A DNA stretch of 64,000 nt from Alphaproteobacteria bacterium (GTDB lineage Bacteria > Pseudomonadota > Alphaproteobacteria > SHVV01): assembly GCA_965261735.1 (NCBI GenBank), contig OZ253470.1, forward strand, positions 4,640,001 to 4,704,000, read 5' to 3'. Under the pieces are notes generated by a model. It was not told the DNA's origin. It was given only the letters and a program-made list of their open reading frames with translations, and searched no databases. Position numbers and translations under genes: made by a program. This document shows positions 18,918 through 27,167 of this stretch, piece after piece (the stretch's first letter is position 1; every line of letters starts with the position of its first letter).

Positions 18918-20072
18918 TCACGCCGTGCCGTAGTTCTGCCCGTTGAGCGAGGTCCAGACGAGATTGTCGAACAAATGGACGATGTGTTCGCTTTGCCAAG
19001 TGCGCTCCTTGTCGACCATCAGCCGGCCTTCGCGATAGCCGCGCGCGTGCACCCCAACCTGCTGCAGCTCCATGGCGCGGATGTCCTGGGGGAAACCCAC
19101 GTCCCGGAAGTTGTTCATCGCCGCGAGCTCTACCTTGCTCGGCGGGTCGTTGAGCGTGAAATGGTCCATGGTGAGGAACGAGCTCTCCACCGATAGCGGC
19201 ACGGCGCGAATGATGGACACGTTGGGGCGCCCCTGACTGGACTGAAAGTACATGTTCGGCCACAGCCACCACACGTGCGTGTCCTGAAGCTCGTCGTTTG
19301 CGCTGAACACGTAGGGCATCGATTCGGGCCGATTGACCACCGTATCGTGATCGCCCGGGTTCACGTGCGAGGAGAAATACTCGTGCGGGACCGAGGTGCG
19401 GCGCTGGATGTGCTTGCCGATAAGCGCCTGCGGGTGAATGGTCGGGCAGTGGTAGCACTCGACCTGGTCGAACACGAACTTCCAGTTGGCATCGATCGTG
19501 TAGGTGTCGCGGCGCACGTGGTGGAGCTCGTCAAAGCGCGGGATCGCGGCGCGGTACTCCTGCTCGAGCTCGCCAACCATGTCGTGAAAGGGCCGCGCGT
19601 CCGGGTCGAGGTTGACGAACACCATGTGGGCGAGCGTCTCGACGCGAACCTCGGGCAGGCAGAAGTCGCCGTGATCGAAGCCGGCCACGTTCTCCGAATT
19701 GCCCGCCGCCTTGAGGTTGCCGTCGAGATCGTAGGTCCAAGCGTGGAACGGGCAGGTGATCATGCGTAACTGGCCCTTGCCCTCGAGCAAGGTGTGGCCG
19801 CGGTGCATGCACACATTGTAGAAGCCGCGAAGGCCCCCATCCTTGGCGCGCACGATGAAGATTTTCTGGTCGAGGATTTCGGCGGTGATGTAACTGCCCG
19901 GATCCTTCAGGTCGGCGAGGTAGCCGGCGCACTGCCAGGACTTGAACCAGATGGCCTCGCGCTCGCGCTCAAAGATCTCGGGATCGAAGTAGTAATGGGC
20001 CGGGAGCGTATACGAGAGCTCGGGGTCGGGGTGAAACCGGCTCTTGACCTCGGCGGCGGCGCTGGTAACCAT
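18918..20072 (-). CDS. CntA/YeaW-like Rieske oxygenase alpha subunit, paralog 3
   Basis: CMHRGH...CPFHAW, ECYHCPTIH, RGYREGRLMVD...SEHIVHLF. ATG 20072 follows GAGGAG. Confidence 0.88.
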   Translation of the reverse strand: MVTSAAAEVKSRFHPDPELSYTLPAHYYFDPEIFEREREAIWFKSWQCAGYLADLKDPGSYITAEILDQKIFIVRAKDGGLRGFYNVCMHRGHTLLEGKGQLRMITCPFHAWTYDLDGNLKAAGNSENVAGFDHGDFCLPEVRVETLAHMVFVNLDPDARPFHDMVGELEQEYRAAIPRFDELHHVRRDTYTIDANWKFVFDQVECYHCPTIHPQALIGKHIQRRTSVPHEYFSSHVNPGDHDTVVNRPESMPYVFSANDELQDTHVWWLWPNMYFQSSQGRPNVSIIRAVPLSVESSFLTMDHFTLNDPPSKVELAAMNNFRDVGFPQDIRAMELQQVGVHARGYREGRLMVDKERTWQSEHIVHLFDNLVWTSLNGQNYGTA

Positions 20073-20273
20073 AGCGCTCTCCTCTCGACAGTCTGTGGAG
20101 CGATTCACCGGCCTGGCCTCAAGGTGAGGTGCCCGCGGGCGAGGCGGGGTACAAACCGCTAGTATCCACCCTTATCGCTACCCGGCCCTAGTTGGCAACG
20201 GCTATTTCCGCGCGCTATAGATCAGTTGTGACCTGTCGCCCGCGCGCGGGCGAGCTGCCCTTGGACAAAGCAA

Positions 20274-21284
20274 ATGAAACTGTTCGTGATCGAGAAGCCC
20301 GGGAGCATCGATGCGCTGACGCTGAGTGAGCGCGCGGACCCCGTACCGGGTCCGCACGACGTCGTCGTGCGGGTGCGCGCGACCTCGCTCAACTATCGCG
20401 ACCTGATGGTCCTCACCGGAAGCTACGGGCGCGGATCGAAGCCGAACCTCGTCCCGCTGTCGGATGGCGCCGGCGAGGTGATCGAGGTCGGAGAGGGCGT
20501 CACCCGCGTCAAGGTCGGCGACCGGGTGTGTGCGATCTTCATGCAGCGCTGGCTCGGCGGGGCGATGACGCGCGAGGCCCAGGCCTCATCCCTCGGCGGC
20601 GCCATCGACGGCGTGCTGGCGGAACAGGTGATGCTCCACGAGGACGGTCTCGTCCCCGTGCCCGATCACCTGTCCTACGAGGAGGCGGCGACGCTGCCCT
20701 GCGCCGCCGTGACCGCCTGGAACGCCCTCGTTGCGCGTGGCCGGCTCGCGGCTGGCGAAACGGTGCTAGTACAGGGATCGGGCGGCGTCTCGGTGTTCGC
20801 GCTTCAATTCGCGCGGCTCACAGGTGCGCGCGTGATCGCGACCTCATCGAGCGATGACAAGCTCGAGCGCTTGCGCGCCCTCGGGGCCTCGGAGCTCATC
20901 AACTACCGGCGCACCCCTGAATGGGACGCCGCGGTCAAGGACGCAACGGGCGGGCGCGGGGCCGATCACATCGTCGAGGTCGGCGGCGCCGGCACGTTGG
21001 CCCGGTCGCTGGCCTGCGTCAGTCTGGGCGGGCGCATCAGCGTCATCGGGCTCCTGTCCGGCGCCGCCGAGATCGACCCCATGCCGATCCTGCGGCACTC
21101 GGCCACGGTCCAGGGTATCTATGTCGGCAGCCGGCAGATGTTCGAGGCGATGAACCGGGCGATCGCCGAGCACGAAATGCGCCCCGTGGTCGACCGGGTT
21201 TTTCCTTTCGCGGACACGGTGGCGGCGTTCCGCTACTTCGAGAGCCAGGCGCACTTCGGCAAGGTCGTCATCGCGCTGCCCTGA
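20274..21284 (+). CDS. NAD(P)-dependent medium-chain dehydrogenase/quinone reductase (MDR family)
   Basis: SLNYRD, PLSDGAG, LPCAAVTAW, QGSGGVS, HFGKVVI. Confidence 0.88.
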   Translation: MKLFVIEKPGSIDALTLSERADPVPGPHDVVVRVRATSLNYRDLMVLTGSYGRGSKPNLVPLSDGAGEVIEVGEGVTRVKVGDRVCAIFMQRWLGGAMTREAQASSLGGAIDGVLAEQVMLHEDGLVPVPDHLSYEEAATLPCAAVTAWNALVARGRLAAGETVLVQGSGGVSVFALQFARLTGARVIATSSSDDKLERLRALGASELINYRRTPEWDAAVKDATGGRGADHIVEVGGAGTLARSLACVSLGGRISVIGLLSGAAEIDPMPILRHSATVQGIYVGSRQMFEAMNRAIAEHEMRPVVDRVFPFADTVAAFRYFESQAHFGKVVIALP

Positions 21285-21306
21285 GCGTCACCGAGTAGGC
21301 CATAAC

Positions 21307-22116
21307 CTAAGGCGCGGGTTCGCCCGCCGCGCTGATACGGTTCAGCGTGACGTTGCCGCCGCCCGAATAGTCGCTGATGTGGTAGTGCGTGTTGCAGCGG
21401 TCGTCCCACAGAATGAGGTCGTTGAGCCGGAAGTGATGGCGGTAGATGAACTCCGGTCGCGAGCAGTGCTCGCCGAGGAAGCGCAGCAGGGCGTCGCTCT
21501 CGCTCGGCATGAGACCGAGGATTTCGGTGGTGAAGGCGGGATTGACGAGCAGCGCCTTCCGCCCCGACTCGGGATGGGTGTAGACGATGGGGTGTTCAGC
21601 CGCCCCCTCTGATTCGCCGGCTTCCGCTGCAAGCCTCGGGTTGCGGTGCAGGGCAACAAGCTCGCCCAGCATGCGCTGCATTGGCTCCGACAGCGCCTCG
21701 TAGCTCGCGTACATGTTGGCGAAGAACATGTCGCCGCCGCGCGGCGGAAGCTCGACCACATGGACGATCGAGGCGCCCGACAGTCTCGACTCGCAGGTGT
21801 GGGCCGCGTGCCAGACGCTGCCGTTGCGAACAGTATCGCGCGGCATAGCCTTCTCTTCGACCAGCACCTGATAGTGGTAGATCTCGGGGTAGCCCGGCAT
21901 CTGCGTCAGGTTGGGCAGTAGCAGCTCGCCGAAACGGCGGCCAAAGTCGAGGTACGCCTCGGGCGTAAGGTGTTGATCGCGAATCACCATCACCCCGTCA
22001 TGGTCGAGCCATACCTGGCGCAGTTCGCCAAACAGGTTGTCGCCGATCTCCGATACGTCGACGCCAACGACCTCGGCGCCCAGCGCCGACGAAAGAGTGC
22101 TGACCGTGTGGGGCAT
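21307..22116 (-). CDS. TauD/TfdA-fold Fe(II)/2-oxoglutarate enzyme with non-canonical HxA metal motif
   Basis: LGAEVVGVD, IRDQHLT, WHAAH (HxD expected), GGDMFF, HPIVYTHPESGRKAL, WDDRCNTH. Confidence 0.8.
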   Translation of the reverse strand: MPHTVSTLSSALGAEVVGVDVSEIGDNLFGELRQVWLDHDGVMVIRDQHLTPEAYLDFGRRFGELLLPNLTQMPGYPEIYHYQVLVEEKAMPRDTVRNGSVWHAAHTCESRLSGASIVHVVELPPRGGDMFFANMYASYEALSEPMQRMLGELVALHRNPRLAAEAGESEGAAEHPIVYTHPESGRKALLVNPAFTTEILGLMPSESDALLRFLGEHCSRPEFIYRHHFRLNDLILWDDRCNTHYHISDYSGGGNVTLNRISAAGEPAP

Positions 22117-22336
22117 TTGCGGCACCTCCTGTGAAAGGAGCTTCCCGGCGGCGGGCCCCAGGCTCGCCGCAATGGGCCTTAGCGCTACTATACGCCCAAC
22201 CCGATCGTTCATCTTCCCATCGTCGCACCCGCAAGAGGGGCGAGGCCGCTCACCCCGCGGCCGGTCGTGCCGGGCGCTGTCTTCGGCTATAACCGGCGTG
22301 CCGGGAAGGAACGGCGGCCTGACGCGCATACACCCG

Positions 22337-23533
22337 ATGCCCAAATCCACTCCAACGCCGGAACGTAATTTCCCGTTGCGGCGCACCATCGCCGATCTTC
22401 CGTCCTCCAAGATTCGCGAGGTGGCGGCGCTCGGCATGGGCAAGCCGGGCGTCATACCGCTGTGGTTCGGTGAGCCCGATCTGCCGACGCCGGACTTCAT
22501 CAACCGCGCGGCGAGCCAGGCGCTCGAGGCGGGGCACACCTTCTACACCATGAACCGCGGCGTGCCGGCCCTGCGCGAGGCGCTGGCCGCCTATCTCGGC
22601 CGCCTCTACGAGCGCCCCATCGGTGTCGAGCGAATCACGGTGACGGCCTCGGCGATGAACGCGCTCGCGATCCTCATGCAGACCCTGATCGATCCCGGCG
22701 AGAACGCGGTGCTGACGGCGCCGCTATGGCCCAACATCGCGGCCACGGTGCGGATCATGGGCGGCGAAGCGCGCGCCGTGGCGCTCGCCGAGGGCAACGC
22801 GGGCTGGCGGCTCGACCTCGACCGCCTGTTCGATTCCGTTGACGTGCGGACGCGAGCCCTGTTCATCAACTCGCCCAACAATCCGACCGGATGGATGATG
22901 GAGCGCGAGGACCAGGAGGCGGTGCTCGAGTTCTGCCGCGTCCGCGGCATTTGGATCCTGGCTGACGAGGTCTACGACCGAATCGTCTACGACCGGCCGC
23001 GCGCGCCCTCCTTTCTCGACATCGCCGAAGACGACGACCTCGTCATCGGCGTCAACAGCTTCTCCAAGTCCTGGGCCATGACGGGTTGGCGCATGGGGTG
23101 GCTCGTCGCTCCCGATGCGTTCGGCCACGTGCTGGAAAAGATGAACGAGTACAACATCGCCGGTGCGCCGAGCATGGCGCAGCACGCGGGGATCGCCGCG
23201 CTCGGCCAGGGCGAGGCCTTCATCGCCGAATCGGTGGCCCGCTACCGGCGTGCGCGCGATCTCGTGTCCGAGCGCCTCGCGGCCATGCCGCGGGTCGGCT
23301 ATGTGCGCCCCAACGCCGCGTTCTACGCATTCTTCTCCGTCGAGGGCGTGAGCGACAGCCTGGCCTTCGCCAAAGACCTGCTGCTGCGATCGGGCGTGGG
23401 CCTCGCGCCCGGAATCGCCTTCGGTCCCGCCGGGGAGGGCCACTTGCGCCTGTGCTTCGCCAGTACGCCGGAAACGCTGAGCCGCGCCATGGACCGCCTG
23501 GAGGAGGCCCTCGCCGATGGGGTTGCCGCCTGA
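22337..23533 (+). CDS. PLP-dependent aminotransferase class I/II (aspartate aminotransferase-like)
   Basis: GEPD, NSPNNPTG, DEVY, SFSKSWAMTGWRMG. Confidence 0.9.
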   Translation: MPKSTPTPERNFPLRRTIADLPSSKIREVAALGMGKPGVIPLWFGEPDLPTPDFINRAASQALEAGHTFYTMNRGVPALREALAAYLGRLYERPIGVERITVTASAMNALAILMQTLIDPGENAVLTAPLWPNIAATVRIMGGEARAVALAEGNAGWRLDLDRLFDSVDVRTRALFINSPNNPTGWMMEREDQEAVLEFCRVRGIWILADEVYDRIVYDRPRAPSFLDIAEDDDLVIGVNSFSKSWAMTGWRMGWLVAPDAFGHVLEKMNEYNIAGAPSMAQHAGIAALGQGEAFIAESVARYRRARDLVSERLAAMPRVGYVRPNAAFYAFFSVEGVSDSLAFAKDLLLRSGVGLAPGIAFGPAGEGHLRLCFASTPETLSRAMDRLEEALADGVAA

Positions 23534-23553
23534 AGGGGTGCAGGCGGCACGCG

Positions 23554-24318
23554 TCAGGCTATGCCCTTGCCGCCATCGAGCAGGATGACCTCGCCGGTCA
23601 TCCAGCTCGCACGCTCGGAGACAAGATAGGCGACGAGCTCGGAAACGTCGCGCGGCTCGCCCGCGCGGCCGAGCGGAAATGACTGCCCCTCGGAAAGGAG
23701 GAGCTCGCCGTAGGCCTGCTCGTCCATGCCCGCCGAGGTGTAGATTTCGCTCCTCACCAGCGCCGGGCTGATGACGTTGACGCGGACCCCAAGGGGTGCC
23801 AGCTCCAGGGCGAGCGCTTTCGAGAACGAATCGACTCCGCCTTTGCTCGCGGCGTAGGCGGCCGAGCCGGGAAACGGGCGGTCGGCGACGTTAGAACTGA
23901 GGTTGACGATCGCCCCCTTGGTCTTCTTGAGCGCAGGGAGGCACGCGAGACAGGAATTGATGGTGCCGAGGAGGTTGATGTCGAGGGTGTAGCGCAGGTT
24001 CTCCTGGGTGATCGCGTCGACCGGCTCGAGGCGGATGACCCCGGCCGAGTTGATGAGAGCGTCGATGCGGCCGAGATCGCGGAGGATCGCGCGCACCGTT
24101 TCGCCGGTCTCGCTTGCGTCGGCGACGTCGCACACGTAGGGGTGGAGAGTTTCACCGCGGCGTGGCGCGAGCCGCTTGGCCCGGCGGCCGATGACGGCAA
24201 CGCTGAAGCCGTCGCGCGCGAGCCGGTTGGCGCAATCGCGACCGAGCTCCGAGCCGCCGCCCGTCACCACCGCCACCTTGCGCCTCGGCTTGCGCGAGGT
24301 CTTGGCCGTACGCGCCAT
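23554..24318 (-). CDS. Short-chain dehydrogenase/reductase
   Basis: VTGGGSELG, NSAG, YAASK, VRVNVISP, TGEVILLDGG. Confidence 0.88.
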   Translation of the reverse strand: MARTAKTSRKPRRKVAVVTGGGSELGRDCANRLARDGFSVAVIGRRAKRLAPRRGETLHPYVCDVADASETGETVRAILRDLGRIDALINSAGVIRLEPVDAITQENLRYTLDINLLGTINSCLACLPALKKTKGAIVNLSSNVADRPFPGSAAYAASKGGVDSFSKALALELAPLGVRVNVISPALVRSEIYTSAGMDEQAYGELLLSEGQSFPLGRAGEPRDVSELVAYLVSERASWMTGEVILLDGGKGIA

Positions 24319-24509
24319 CGCCGCTTCCCTCCACCCGCCCCGAGTTCCACTCGACTCTACCATTAGGGGTTGGTCCCGGGCGACCCGTGGGCTGCGCTCG
24401 GCCTCGATGTTGATGCCGGTGGGCGAGGCGCGTAACCTATCCGAAACGAGACGAGACTAGCGCGCAACGCATCGACGGAGCCGCTCGCGACTCCGCCAGG
24501 GAGGGACCC

Positions 24510-25622
24510 ATGAAAAGCCTCAAGGTGGACTACAGCAAGCAGTGTGAGGGCGAGCCCCATCTGGCGCACAATCGGTGGCATCCCGATATTCCGCCGGCGG
24601 TCGAGGTCGAGCTCGGCGAAGAGCTGGAGATGGATACCCGCGACGCTTTCGACGGCCAGTTCAAGGCCGACACGGTGGCCGAGGACCTGCGCTCGGTCGA
24701 TCTCAACCTCGTCCATCCGCTCACCGGCCCGGCCTACGTCAAGGGGGTCGAGCCGGGCGACCTGCTCGAGATACAGATACTTGAAATGAAGGCGGCCTCG
24801 ACCGGCTACACGGTCCAAGTGCCGGGCTTCGGCTTTCTGCGCGATGAGTTCCCCGATCCCTACATCGCCAAATGGGCGATCAAGGACGGATGGGCCGAAT
24901 CGCCCGATCTGCCGAAGGTGCGCATCCCCGACGGCTCGTTCGTCGGCACCATAGGCATCGCGCCCTCGGAGGCCCTGCGCCAGAAGATGCAGGACCGCGA
25001 GCAGGAGCTGCTCGAGCGCGGCGGGTTCGTGCTGCCGCCCGAGCCCAAGGGGGCGGTGTGCGGACGCCACGGCGGCATCGCCGGCACGGCGCTACGTACC
25101 ATTCCGCCGCGCGAGAACGGCGGCAACCTCGATATCAAGCAGCTCAGCGCCGGCGCGCGCCTCTTGCTGCCGGTATTTGTCGACGGGGCGCTATTCTCGG
25201 TCGGCGACGCGCACTTCGCCCAGGGCGACTGCGAGGCGTGTGGCACGGCCATCGAGATGGAGTCCTCCATCCTCGTCAAGTTCGCCGTGCACAAGGGTGA
25301 GGCGGAGCGCCGCAAGATCCGCTTCCCGCGCTTCGAGCGCGACGACTACTTCTATCCGCCCGAACTGGCCGTGCCCAAGAACTTCGTCGCCACGACCGGA
25401 ATGTCGATTCGCGACGACGGCACCAACGAATCGGAGGACGCCACGCTATCGGCCCGCAACGCGCTCATGGCCATGATCGATCTGTTGATGGAGCGCGGTT
25501 GGGACCGCCAGCAGGCCTACGCCATCTGCAGCGTCGCCGTCGACCTGCACATCAGCGAAATGGTGGACGTCCCGAACTTCGTGGTCTCGGCCTTCCTACC
25601 GCTCGGCATCTTCGGCGACTAG
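24510..25622 (+). CDS. Acetamidase/formamidase family protein
   Basis: HNRWHPDIP, VHPLTGP, PPRENGGNLD, GDAHFAQGDCE, EMVDVPN. Confidence 0.9.
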   Translation: MKSLKVDYSKQCEGEPHLAHNRWHPDIPPAVEVELGEELEMDTRDAFDGQFKADTVAEDLRSVDLNLVHPLTGPAYVKGVEPGDLLEIQILEMKAASTGYTVQVPGFGFLRDEFPDPYIAKWAIKDGWAESPDLPKVRIPDGSFVGTIGIAPSEALRQKMQDREQELLERGGFVLPPEPKGAVCGRHGGIAGTALRTIPPRENGGNLDIKQLSAGARLLLPVFVDGALFSVGDAHFAQGDCEACGTAIEMESSILVKFAVHKGEAERRKIRFPRFERDDYFYPPELAVPKNFVATTGMSIRDDGTNESEDATLSARNALMAMIDLLMERGWDRQQAYAICSVAVDLHISEMVDVPNFVVSAFLPLGIFGD

Positions 25623-25647
25623 CGGGGGATCGGCGATTGAGGGGGAG

Positions 25648-25795
25648 ATGCCGTTCTTCATTCGGAAATCGGTCCGCTTCGGGCCACTGCGACTGAATCT
25701 TTCGAAATCTGGGGTAGGCGTTTCCGGCGGTGTGAGGGGCTTGCGCGTGGGCGCCGGCCCGCGCGGCAGGTACATACATGCCGGCCGCGGAGGGG
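25648..25795 (+). pseudogene. DUF4236-type N-terminal fragment truncated by an IS end
   Basis: MPFFIRKSVRFGPLRLNLSKSGVGVS.GVRGLRVG.GPRG.Y matches the DUF4236 pattern; similarity stops at the IS end at 25796. Confidence 0.6.
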
Positions 25796-25827
25796 TAGTG
25801 GGTATGGGCGTTAACCGGATAGGTAAG
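25796..25827 (-). mobile_element. Orphan terminal repeat of the IS1595-type element at 15436-17616
   Basis: Reverse complement CTTACCTATCCGGTTAACGCCCATACCCACTA vs CTTGCCTATCCGGTTGACACCCACACCCACTA at 15436. Confidence 0.8.
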
Positions 25828-25963
25828 TCCTATACAATAGGATTAGTTGTCAGGTGTCGTCGGATGGCGCCCGCCGCGTTGTGCGGCGCTAGGTCGAGGA
25901 CGGGATCTCGGGGCGCGGTGAGGGCCGCCGCCGGACAGGGGTCGCCGAACCTTTCGTGAGCAC

Positions 25964-26657
25964 ATGCAGGTCGAGAGCAAAATACGCATCTGCATTGCCG
26001 ACGACGAGGTTCTGCTCCGCGCCGGACTGGCGCGGCTCCTCCATGAACTCGGCGCCGAGGTAGAGATACTCGAGGCTGGCGATTTCGCCACGGCGCACCG
26101 TCTCGTCGCCAATGAGCACGCCCTTGACGCGCTCCTTCTCGACCTCGATCTCCTCGGCGTGCAGCCCGACCGGAGCCTACGCCTACTTCGCCAGGCGGCG
26201 CCCGACTTGGCGATCGTGATCTGCTCGGCCTCCGAGGATCCGAACACCGTATTCTCGATGATCGACGGCGGGGCCGTCCGGCTACCTGCCCAAGACGTCG
26301 TCGACCGAGGTCACTCTGAGCGCGGTAAGGCTGGTGCTCTCGGGCGGCTCCTACGTGCCCCCGAGCGTGTTCATCGCCAGCGTTCGCGAGTCGGGGGCGC
26401 GCGTCCGCTTCGGCATGGGCGAGCCGCCGCCCGATTCGGTCGATCCGCAGAACAGGGTGGCGGCACTCACGCCGCGCCAGCTCGAGGTGCTCAAGCAGAT
26501 CGGTAAGAGCAAGACGAACAAGCAGATCGCAGCCGAACTCGGCCTCGCCGAAGGTACTGTCAAGGCCCACGCCAACGCCATTCTCGCCAAGCTCGGGGTC
26601 CGGAACCGCACGGCCGCCGGGATCCTCGCCCATCGCTCCTTCGCCGAGGAACCCTAG
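25964..26657 (+). pseudogene. NarL/LuxR-family response regulator, frameshifted near 26280
   Basis: The receiver (IADDE...LLLDLDL...) and GYLPK...LTPRQLEVL...TNKQIAAELGLAEGTVKAH HTH are in different frames. Confidence 0.85.
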
Positions 26658-26669
26658 GCCGTAGGCGCG

Positions 26670-27167
26670 TCAGCGCCGATGCGCGCGCCGCCACAGCGGT
26701 TCGCGGTCGTCGATCGCCGGCTGATAGGTGACCGACACCTCCGCGAATGCCCCCAGGGCATCCTCCAAATCGTGGCGCTGGTGAATCTCGAAGGCATCGA
26801 AGCCGCACCGGTACATGTAGTAGAGCTGATCGCGCAAGACCTCTCCGACGGCCCGGATCTCCCCCTGATAGCCGAAGCGCTCGCGCAGCAGGCGCGCGGT
26901 CGAGAAGCCGCGGCCGTCGGTGAGCTTGGGAAACTCGATCGCGACGACGCCGAAACTGTCGAGGTCGTCGGCAACGTCCTCGGCGCGGTCGGCGCTCGTC
27001 AGGCGGACGCCGAGCCTTGGACTGCGGTGTCGGAGCGCGTTGCGCTCGCGCTGCCAGCGCTCGAGGCTGACAATGATGTCGCCCTCGGGTAACGCGGTGG
27101 CCGCAACGTCATCGTCAACATGCATCCACGTATCGTCGGCAATGGCGCGATTCTTAATGATGCGCAT
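26670..27167 (-). CDS. DUF934 family protein (sulfite reductase-associated)
   Basis: FPKLTDGRGFSTARLLRER.GY.GEIRAVGEVLRDQL...RCGFDAF, directly downstream of cysI. Confidence 0.88.
   Translation of the reverse strand: MRIIKNRAIADDTWMHVDDDVAATALPEGDIIVSLERWQRERNALRHRSPRLGVRLTSADRAEDVADDLDSFGVVAIEFPKLTDGRGFSTARLLRERFGYQGEIRAVGEVLRDQLYYMYRCGFDAFEIHQRHDLEDALGAFAEVSVTYQPAIDDREPLWRRAHRR

Noticed and set aside
20192-20212. Sigma54 promoter (TTGGCAACGGCTATTTCCGC) before the MDR gene
   Set aside because: No correctly spaced -12 TTGC element.
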